DNA from: Alphaproteobacteria bacterium
GTDB taxonomy: Bacteria; Pseudomonadota; Alphaproteobacteria; DATDPM01
Direction of reading: 5' to 3'
Assembly: GCA_049691095.1 (NCBI GenBank)
Contig: JBAVNO010000027.1
Location: 1-32,628, forward strand
Length of the DNA stretch: 32,628 nucleotides
Shown: piece by piece, positions 1 to 6,865 of the stretch
Layout of the letters: each line of letters starts with the position of its first letter
Numbering within the stretch: position 1 is the first letter of the stretch
Made by a program: the position numbers and the translations under genes
The notes under the pieces: generated by a model
The model's input: only the letters and a program-made list of their open reading frames with translations
What the model was told of the DNA's origin: nothing
Databases searched by the model: none

Positions 1-1
1 G

Positions 2-847
2 CTCGACCTCGCGCCCGCCCAGCGTCTCCGCCCGTCGCCCTTCGGGCGCGCCGGGGTCTTTCCCGCCGACGGCCCGCGCCGGTTGCGGGTCGCCCTGCTC
101 GCGGGATGCGTTCAGACGGTGCTGGCGCCGCGCATCAACGCCGCGACCGTCCGTCTTCTCACCCGCCACGGCGTCGAGGTGATCGTGGCGCCGAAGTCCG
201 AATGCTGCGGCGCGATCGTGCATCATCTGGGCGAGCGCGAGGCGGCGCTTCGTTCGGTCCGTGCGAACGTCGCGGCCTGGTCGCGATTGATCGAAGAGGG
301 CGGGCTCGACGCCGTGGTGTGCAACGCGTCGGGCTGCGGGACGATGGTGAAGGATTACGGCTTCCTCCTTCGCGGCGAGCCCGCGCTCGCGGACAAGGCG
401 GCGCGGATATCCGAGCTGGCCTGCGACATCAGCGAGATCGTCCGCGAACTGCCGCTCAAGGCGCCGAAGGCGCCGCGGCCGCTCTCGCTCGCGTACCTGT
501 CCGCCTGCTCGCTCCAGCACGGGCAGCGCATCGACGCGCTGCCGATCGGCCTTCTCGCGGGCGCCGGGTTCGAGGTCCGCAGCCTTCCCGAGGCGCATCT
601 GTGCTGCGGATCCGCCGGCACCTACAACGTGCTGCAGCCGGCCAATGCGGCGGAGATGGGGCGGCGCAAGGCCGACGCCATCGCCAGGAGCGGCACCGAC
701 GCGGTCGCGAGCGGCAACATCGGCTGCATGATGCAGATGGCGCGCCATACCGCACACCCCATCGTTCACACGGTCGAGCTCCTGGATTGGGCCACCGGCG
801 GACCCGAGCCCGAGGCGCTCGCGGGACGAATCGCCGGCGCGACCTAG
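2..847 (+). CDS. glcF: Glycolate oxidase iron-sulfur subunit GlcF, C-terminal part (5' end lies outside the window)
   Basis: The frame is open from the window edge to TAG at 845-847. The product has paired CCG-type Cys motifs (KSECCGA/NASGCG and HLCCGSAG/GNIGCMMQ) as in GlcF/HdrD-like subunits. The N-terminal ferredoxin-type motifs are absent, so the gene is truncated by the window. Confidence 0.75.
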   Translation, partial: LDLAPAQRLRPSPFGRAGVFPADGPRRLRVALLAGCVQTVLAPRINAATVRLLTRHGVEVIVAPKSECCGAIVHHLGEREAALRSVRANVAAWSRLIEEGGLDAVVCNASGCGTMVKDYGFLLRGEPALADKAARISELACDISEIVRELPLKAPKAPRPLSLAYLSACSLQHGQRIDALPIGLLAGAGFEVRSLPEAHLCCGSAGTYNVLQPANAAEMGRRKADAIARSGTDAVASGNIGCMMQMARHTAHPIVHTVELLDWATGGPEPEALAGRIAGAT

Positions 848-2289
848 TCGACCGAGACGTCGGTCTCGTCGCTTTCCTTGACCGTGGCGATGCGCAGGAT
901 GTTCGTCGTTCCCGCCTTCCCGAACGGCACGCCGGCGGTGATCACGATGCGGTCGTCGACCTTCGCAATTCCCTCGCCCAGCACGGTGCGGCAGGCCTTG
1001 TTCACCATCTCGGTGAAGTTCTGGATGTCGGTCGTGTGCACGCAGTGCACGCCCCACACAAGCGAAAGCTGGCGCGCCGTGATGCGCTCGGCCGACAGGC
1101 CGACGATGGGCACGTCGGGCCGTTCGCGGGCGGAGCGCCTGGCGGTGGCGCCGGAGCGCGAATAGGTGACGATGGCGGCCGCCGAGATGGTGTGCGCGAC
1201 CTGGGCCGCCGCGGCGCTGATGGCGTCCGCGATGGTGGCCTCGGGCTCGGGGTGGTTGGCATCCATGATCTTGCGGTACGAGGGGTCCTTTTCCACCCGC
1301 TCGATGATGCGGGCCATCATCTTCACCGACTCCACCGGAAACTCGCCGATGGCGGTTTCGGCCGACAGCATCACGGCATCCGCACCGTCATAGACCGCGG
1401 TCGCCACGTCCGAGGCCTCGGCGCGGGTGGGGCTCGGCGCATGGACCATGGAATCCAGCATCTGGGTGGCGACCACGACCGGCTTTCCCGCCCGCCGGCC
1501 CGCCCGGATGATTCGTTTCTGGATGATGGGAACCTGCTCGGGGGGCATTTCGACGCCAAGATCCCCGCGCGCCACCATCACGGCATCCGAAAGGTCCACG
1601 ATCTCGTCCAGGCACTCCACCGCGTGGGGCTTCTCGATCTTGGTCAGGATCGCCGAGTCGCCCTGGACCATCTGCCTGACCTCGATGATGTCCTGGGGCC
1701 GCTGCACGAACGAAAGCGCGAGCCAGTCCACGCCCATGTCGAGGCCGAATTCGATATCGCGGCGGTCCTTGTCGGTGATCGCGGACAGCTCCAGCACGGC
1801 GTCGGGCACGTTGACGCCCTTGTGGTCGGAAAGCTGCCCGCCCACGACGACCTCGGTCTCGGCGAAGCCCTTGCCGCATCTCCGCACCCGAAGCCGGATC
1901 CGGCCGTCATCGAGCAGGATGCTGGTGCCCGGCGACAGGGACCGGAAAATCTCGGGGTGGGGCAGGGGGGCGCGGCGCTGCGTTCCGAGCCGGGTCGAAA
2001 GGTCGAAACGGAAGAAATCGCCCGCCGACAGCGTGACCGATCCGTTCTCGAACTCGCCGACGCGAAGCTTCGGGCCCTGCAGGTCCATGAGCACGCCGAT
2101 GGGGCGCCCGGTAACGCGCTCCAGCTCGCGGATGTAATAGAGCCGGCGGCGGTGCTCCTCGTGGACGTCGTGGCTGAAGTTGAGGCGGAAGACGTCCGCG
2201 CCGGCCTCGAACAAGGTGCGAATCCGGTCCGGGCTCGAGCTTGCCGGTCCCAGGGTGGCGACGATCTTGGGGTTACGTTCGCGGCGCAT
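844..2289 (-). CDS. pyk: Pyruvate kinase
   Basis: 481-aa ORF with KIVATLGPAS, FRLNFSH, MDLQGPKLRVG and VARGDLGVE motifs typical of pyruvate kinase. Confidence 0.95.
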   Translation of the reverse strand: MRRERNPKIVATLGPASSSPDRIRTLFEAGADVFRLNFSHDVHEEHRRRLYYIRELERVTGRPIGVLMDLQGPKLRVGEFENGSVTLSAGDFFRFDLSTRLGTQRRAPLPHPEIFRSLSPGTSILLDDGRIRLRVRRCGKGFAETEVVVGGQLSDHKGVNVPDAVLELSAITDKDRRDIEFGLDMGVDWLALSFVQRPQDIIEVRQMVQGDSAILTKIEKPHAVECLDEIVDLSDAVMVARGDLGVEMPPEQVPIIQKRIIRAGRRAGKPVVVATQMLDSMVHAPSPTRAEASDVATAVYDGADAVMLSAETAIGEFPVESVKMMARIIERVEKDPSYRKIMDANHPEPEATIADAISAAAAQVAHTISAAAIVTYSRSGATARRSARERPDVPIVGLSAERITARQLSLVWGVHCVHTTDIQNFTEMVNKACRTVLGEGIAKVDDRIVITAGVPFGKAGTTNILRIATVKESDETDVSVD

Positions 2290-2301
2290 TGGGCGGCAAC
2301 A

Positions 2302-3165
2302 TTAGTCGGCGTTCTTCTTCGCGGCCAGCGATTTCGCGGCGCCGGCTCGGCTCTTTCGCCGGCGCGATGCACGGCCGGGCGGCGGAGCGTGGACCGCCGC
2401 GCGGGCGAAGGCCGAGTCGGAGCGGGCAGCCCGGCCGTGGGCGGCGCGCTCATCGCTGTCGTATTGGGCAAGCACCCATTCGAGATGGGCGCGCATGGCG
2501 CCGCCGGCCGCCTCCTGGTCGCGGTCGCGGATGGCCTCGAAGATGCGGCGGTGCTGGGCCAGGATGCGCCGGTCGTCGGCCGGCGTATCGGCGAGCTTCG
2601 AGCGGTGGAAGACCAGCATCTCGGACAGGATGTCCCGGATCGCGCCCAGCAGATGCATGTACACGGTGCTGCCCGTCGCCTTGGCGATGGCGAAATGGAA
2701 GCGGATGTCGTCCTCGGCCTTGCTGGTCTCCTTGCGGCGCGGATCGGCCATCATGGCGAGCACCGATTCGATCTCGCGGATCTGCGCCGGCGTCGCGTGC
2801 TGGGCGGCGCGGCGCGCGGCCCAGATCTCGAGGCTGGCGCGAATCTCGGCCAGGTCGCGCAGGTTCTCGCGGCTGAGCCGCACCAGCTCCACCAAGGGCG
2901 CATCGGGCGCGGCGCCCGAGGCGAGCACCCTGGTGCCGCCGCCCTGGACCGCGGACACGAATCCTTGCGCCTTCAGCCGCTGCAGCGCCGCGCGCACCGA
3001 GACGCGGCTGACGTTCATCAGGAACGCGAGCTGCCGCTCGCCGGGCAGGCGCTCTCCGGGGCGGATCTCGCCGCCGGCGATCAGGCTCAGGAGTTCGGCG
3101 GCGACGCGCTCCGAGATCCGCTCCCGCGGAATGCGCTGGAACCGGTGGTCGGGGGAGAGGGACAA
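2302..3165 (-). CDS. GntR-family (FadR/FCD subfamily) transcriptional regulator, PdhR/LldR/GlcC-like
   Basis: TTG start. N-terminal winged-helix signature (ERLPGERQLAFLMNVSRVSVRAALQRL) is followed by an FCD-type helical domain. A C-terminal tail of about 50 aa is rich in Arg, Lys and Ala. The stop lies only 12 nt upstream of the pyk start. Confidence 0.85.
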   Translation of the reverse strand: MSLSPDHRFQRIPRERISERVAAELLSLIAGGEIRPGERLPGERQLAFLMNVSRVSVRAALQRLKAQGFVSAVQGGGTRVLASGAAPDAPLVELVRLSRENLRDLAEIRASLEIWAARRAAQHATPAQIREIESVLAMMADPRRKETSKAEDDIRFHFAIAKATGSTVYMHLLGAIRDILSEMLVFHRSKLADTPADDRRILAQHRRIFEAIRDRDQEAAGGAMRAHLEWVLAQYDSDERAAHGRAARSDSAFARAAVHAPPPGRASRRRKSRAGAAKSLAAKKNAD

Positions 3166-3175
3166 GAATTGGCCT

Positions 3176-3190
3176 ATTGGTAATACCAGT
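3176..3190. promoter_or_regulatory. Candidate GntR-type operator (ATTGGTAATACCAGT)
   Basis: Inverted repeat TGGTA-A-TACCA resembles the ATTGGT-N3-ACCAAT operators of PdhR/LldR-type regulators. It lies 11 nt upstream of the regulator start, in the divergent intergenic region. Confidence 0.45.
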
Positions 3191-3324
3191 CGATCCTACG
3201 CCCCCGCACCCGGCCGGACAAGGGGCGGCCCGGCCACGGGGACGGTCCGGACTCTTCTCGGGGCGCGGCGCTCACCCGCCCTGGGCCGCATTTTCGGCCG
3301 CGCCAAAGCGGTTATACTCGGCCC

Positions 3325-4149
3325 ATGCCGGAGCCGATGAAACGGGCGGGGCAACGGGGAGAGGGCCTGATCGCCGCCGACGAGCCGCCGCCCTACGAGA
3401 TCGTCAACGCGCAGGCGCGCACGAGCGTCGTGTTCGTGTGCGACCACGCGAGCCGGGCCATTCCGCGCGCGCTGGGCAATCTCGGCCTTTCGCAGGAAGC
3501 GTTGTCCGCGCACATCGCCTGGGACATCGGCGCGGCGGAGGTCACGAGACGATTGAGCCGGCGCTTCGATGCCGTTGCGGCGCTGGCCGGCTATTCGCGT
3601 CTGGTCATCGATCTCAATCGGGCGCTCGATGACCCGACCTCGATCGCCGTCATCAGCGATGGCACCCTCGTTCCCGGGAACCGCGCGCTCGATCACGATG
3701 CGGCGCGGCTTCGCGCCGACGCGATCTTCCATCCCTATCACCGCGCGGTCGGCGGCGCGCTCGAGGCGCTGCGGCGCCAAGGCCATGTGCCCGCCCTGGT
3801 CTCGATCCACACCTTCACGCCCGTCTTCAGGGACGCGCACCGGCCCTGGGACGTGGGCGTGCTGTGGGACAAGGACGGCCGCATGGCGGTTCCGTTCATG
3901 GACAAGCTTCGGACCGAACATGGGCTCGATGTGGGCGACAACCTCCCCTATTCGGGGCGCGACCATTACGCGTTCACGGTGGATCATCACGCCGCCGCGT
4001 CGGGACTCCCCCATCTTTCGATGGAGATCCGCAACGATCTGGTCGCAAGCGAGGCGGGAGCCGAGAAATTCGCGCGCCTCATCGGCGACGTCATCGAGGA
4101 AATCGTGAGCGATCCCACCCTGTTCCGCGAGGAGATCTTCCCGGAATGA
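3325..4149 (+). CDS. N-formylglutamate amidohydrolase (FGase) family hydrolase
   Basis: 274-aa ORF. The segments VVFVCDHASRAIP, WDIGA and YSRLVIDLNR resemble the FGase/HutG-like family. The stop overlaps the next start (ATGA). Confidence 0.8.
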   Translation: MPEPMKRAGQRGEGLIAADEPPPYEIVNAQARTSVVFVCDHASRAIPRALGNLGLSQEALSAHIAWDIGAAEVTRRLSRRFDAVAALAGYSRLVIDLNRALDDPTSIAVISDGTLVPGNRALDHDAARLRADAIFHPYHRAVGGALEALRRQGHVPALVSIHTFTPVFRDAHRPWDVGVLWDKDGRMAVPFMDKLRTEHGLDVGDNLPYSGRDHYAFTVDHHAAASGLPHLSMEIRNDLVASEAGAEKFARLIGDVIEEIVSDPTLFREEIFPE

Positions 4150-5279
4150 TCAAGGACCCCGAGTTCACGCTGGGCATCGAAGAGGAATACCTGCTCGTCG
4201 ACCGGGAGACGCGCGATCTGGTGGCGGAGCCGCCGGCCTCGATGCTGCCCGAATGCGAGGCGCTGATAGAGGAGCAGGTGAAGCCGGAGTTCCTGCGCTC
4301 GCAGATCGAGGTCGGGACCCGCGTCTGCCGAAGCCTGCCCGCGGCGCGGGCCGACCTGGCGCATCTGCGCGCCACCGTGGCCGAGGTGGCGGGGCGCTAC
4401 GGCATGGCGCCCATCGCGTGCTCGATCCACCCCTTCGCCGAATGGGAAACGCAGCGGCACACCGACAAGGAGCGCTACAACCGTCTGGCGCGGGACTTCC
4501 AGGTCGTGGGCCGGCGGCTGATGATCTGCGGGATGCACGTGCACGTCGGCGTCTCCGACGACGAGCTCAGGATCGACCTGATGAATCAGGTGGCCTATTT
4601 CCTGCCCCATCTCCTGGCGCTCAGCACGTCGTCGCCGTTCTGGCAGGGCGAACGCACCGGGCTCCTGTCCTACCGCATCAGCGTGTGGGACGAGCTTCCC
4701 CGCACCGGGCTGCCCGAGCGCTTCGAAAGCTGGGGGGAATACCGCCGCCACGCCGCGATCCTGGTCGACGCGGGGATCATCGAGGACGCGACCAAGATCT
4801 GGTGGGACATCCGGCCCAGCGCGCGGTTTCCCACGCTGGAAATGCGCATCACGGATGTCTGCACCCGGCTCGACGATGCGATCACCATTGCGGCGCTTTA
4901 CCTGTGCGTCTTGCGGATGCTGTACCGGCTCCGGCGCAACAACCAGCGCTGGCGCATCTATTCGCGCATGCTGGTGACGGAAAACCGCTGGCGGGCGCAG
5001 CGCTACGGCATGGACGAGGGCCTGATCGATTTCGGCCGCGGCGAGATCGTTCCGTTCACCGATCTGTTGGAGGAGCTGCTGGGGCTCGTTGCCGACGACG
5101 CGGAGTTCTTCGGGTGCGTGGACGAGGTCGGCCGCGCCCGCGACATCGCGCGGCGCGGAACCAGCGCCCACCGCCAGCTTCGCGTCTACGACGAAGCGGT
5201 GGCCAAGGGGGCCTCGGCCCGCGAGGCGCTGCGGGCGGTGGTCGACTGGCTGGCGGCGGAGACGATTGCAGGGCTGTGA
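4146..5279 (+). CDS. Carboxylate-amine ligase, glutamate-cysteine ligase family 2 (YbdK-like)
   Basis: Start taken at ATG 4146 (MIKDPEFTLGIEEEYLLVD...), the typical GCS2 N-terminus. The upstream part of the 471-aa track ORF overlaps the FGase gene out of frame. Confidence 0.85.
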   Translation: MIKDPEFTLGIEEEYLLVDRETRDLVAEPPASMLPECEALIEEQVKPEFLRSQIEVGTRVCRSLPAARADLAHLRATVAEVAGRYGMAPIACSIHPFAEWETQRHTDKERYNRLARDFQVVGRRLMICGMHVHVGVSDDELRIDLMNQVAYFLPHLLALSTSSPFWQGERTGLLSYRISVWDELPRTGLPERFESWGEYRRHAAILVDAGIIEDATKIWWDIRPSARFPTLEMRITDVCTRLDDAITIAALYLCVLRMLYRLRRNNQRWRIYSRMLVTENRWRAQRYGMDEGLIDFGRGEIVPFTDLLEELLGLVADDAEFFGCVDEVGRARDIARRGTSAHRQLRVYDEAVAKGASAREALRAVVDWLAAETIAGL

Positions 5280-5414
5280 CGGCGCGCCACCGACGGCTTC
5301 AGGCGCGGGCCTGGAACCGGAGCCCGGGCGACCCCAGATAGCAAGCAGGATCAGGATGGGTAATCGAAGCCCCGGCGCCGCCGGAGGCCGGGAATTAGGA
5401 AGGGGAGGCCCGTG

Positions 5415-5723
5415 ATGGACGAATCCACCCGCACCGCGCTCGAGGCGGCCGCGTTCCGCCGCCTGGTGCAGCACCTGCGCGATCATCCCGAGGTCCAGAA
5501 CATCGATCTGATGAATCTGGCCAGCTTCTGCCGCAACTGCCTGTCCAAATGGTATCGCGCCGCGGCCGAGGAAAAGGGGCTCGCCATGACTTACGACGAG
5601 GCCCGCGAGATCGTCTACGGCATGCCCTACAAGGAATGGCAGGCCAAGTTCCAGAAAGAGGCTACCAAGGAACAGCTCGAGGCCGTCGCGGAGACCCAGG
5701 CCCAGGCCGAGCAGGGCCGCTAA
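5415..5723 (+). CDS. DUF1244 family protein
   Basis: Small ORF with NLASFCRNCLSKWY and YGMPYKEWQ motifs typical of DUF1244. GGAGG lies 6 nt upstream of ATG 5415; an in-frame GTG at 5412 is less well spaced. Confidence 0.8.
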   Translation: MDESTRTALEAAAFRRLVQHLRDHPEVQNIDLMNLASFCRNCLSKWYRAAAEEKGLAMTYDEAREIVYGMPYKEWQAKFQKEATKEQLEAVAETQAQAEQGR

Positions 5724-5847
5724 AGACGTCGGCGGAGTCTGCGCGCGTGTCTTGCCCGCGGGGCGGCGCGCCGGTATGGTCCTGCGTCCGCGCGAGCGCA
5801 TTCCGCGGCGGACGGTCCCAAGCTTCATTCCTGGTCGGAGTTGCACC

Positions 5848-6108
5848 ATGGCCAAAACCGGCGGCATCGCCGCGAACCATCTGCGTTCGTTCATCGAGCG
5901 CATCGAGCGCCTGGAAACGGACAAGGCGGCGCTCGCCGCCGACATCCGCGAAGTCTATGCGGAGGCCAAGGCCGGCGGCTTCGAGCCCAAGGTGATGCGC
6001 AAGGTGATCGCGATGCGCAAGAAGGACGCGGACGATCTCGCCGCCGAACAGGCGACGCTCGATCTCTACACGCGGGCGCTCGGCATGGCCCGCGAAGCGG
6101 CGGAATAG
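5848..6108 (+). CDS. gapR: DUF2312/UPF0335 nucleoid-associated protein, GapR-like
   Basis: 86 aa from ATG 5848. LRSFIERIERLETDKAALAADIREVYAEAKAGGFEPKVMRKVIAMRKKD closely parallels Caulobacter GapR. Confidence 0.8.
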   Translation: MAKTGGIAANHLRSFIERIERLETDKAALAADIREVYAEAKAGGFEPKVMRKVIAMRKKDADDLAAEQATLDLYTRALGMAREAAE

Positions 6109-6127
6109 GCACCCACGGCGCGCGGGC

Positions 6128-6712
6128 CTAGGGGCGCCCGCCGACGTCCTTGGCGGCGGCGAAGGCCGGCTCTTTCCCGCCGCTCACCTCGAAATGAATC
6201 CACATGCCGGAGCGGGCGTGGCCGGGCGCGCCGCAGATCATGAGATATTTGCCCGCGGTTGCGGCCTTGAAGCGGAAATCATCCTTTTCGCCGCCGGCGA
6301 TTCCGGCCTCGGGGTCGCGCGAATAGGCGCGGGGGATCGCCACCTCGGCACGGCCCGCCGTCTCGGGCATTTCCTCCTTGGTGTAGGTCTTTGTGAGGAC
6401 GATGCTGTGGGGCAGGTTGCTGTCGTTGTTGGTGAACTTGATCTCGACCGTCCAGCCCGCGGGCACGGTGACGGTGGCGTCGCCGTCGTGATAGCCGTTG
6501 TAATTGAGGGCGCTGTTGTTGCCGTTCCATCCCGAAACGATGTCGAGCACGACCGTCTTGGCCGCGGCATCGGCCGTCATCCACGACACGGCCCCGGCCG
6601 AAGCGCTCTCGCCGGCCGGCGCGGCCGATGCAAAGGCGAGCGACAGGACGGCAGCAAGGGCGGGGAGGAGCCGGCGGGCGGGGCGAGGAAGCGAGTCGGT
6701 CCGTGTCGGCAT
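6128..6712 (-). CDS. Secreted type-1 copper protein, sulfocyanin-like cupredoxin
   Basis: Start at ATG 6712 with AAAGGA upstream. Signal peptide with an RR motif (RPARRLLPALAAVLSLAFASA). VPAGWTVEIKFTNNDSNLPHS and ICGAPGHARSGMW supply the His/Cys/His/Met copper ligand pattern seen in SoxE-type sulfocyanins. Confidence 0.75.
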   Translation of the reverse strand: MPTRTDSLPRPARRLLPALAAVLSLAFASAAPAGESASAGAVSWMTADAAAKTVVLDIVSGWNGNNSALNYNGYHDGDATVTVPAGWTVEIKFTNNDSNLPHSIVLTKTYTKEEMPETAGRAEVAIPRAYSRDPEAGIAGGEKDDFRFKAATAGKYLMICGAPGHARSGMWIHFEVSGGKEPAFAAAKDVGGRP

Positions 6713-6768
6713 GATGGTCCTTTCGTTGGATTCGTCCACTAGGGCCGCGGCCGAATGATTTTACCCAA

Positions 6769-6797
6769 GAAAAAAGGACGGGGCCAACGCCCCGTCC
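6769..6797 (-). terminator. Rho-independent terminator between the PQQ dehydrogenase and cupredoxin genes
   Basis: On the minus strand: GGACGGGGC-GTTG-GCCCCGTCC (9-bp GC stem) followed by TTTTTTC. Confidence 0.75.
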
Positions 6798-6820
6798 AAG
6801 ATCTCGCCTGATGGAGAGCC

Positions 6821-6858
6821 GCGACGCGCGGGCCGGCTCGAACCGGGCCGCGCGACGC
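6821..6858. repeat. Long imperfect inverted repeat directly after the dehydrogenase stop codon
   Basis: GCGACGCGCGGGCCGG-CTCGAA-CCGGGCCGCGCGACGC: 16-nt arms with 2 symmetric mismatches. Confidence 0.6.
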
Positions 6859-6865
6859 CGCTTGC

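Noticed and set aside
106-3183. 1025-aa plus-strand ORF spanning glcF, pyk and the GntR gene
   Set aside because: The translation is Arg/Gly/Ala/Pro-rich low-complexity sequence with no motifs. It overlaps three well-supported genes in other frames or strands, the typical open-frame artefact of GC-rich DNA.
3987-5945. 652-aa minus-strand ORF antisense to the GCS2 ligase and DUF1244 genes
   Set aside because: Same GC artefact: no recognisable domains, and it is antisense to genes with clear family signatures.
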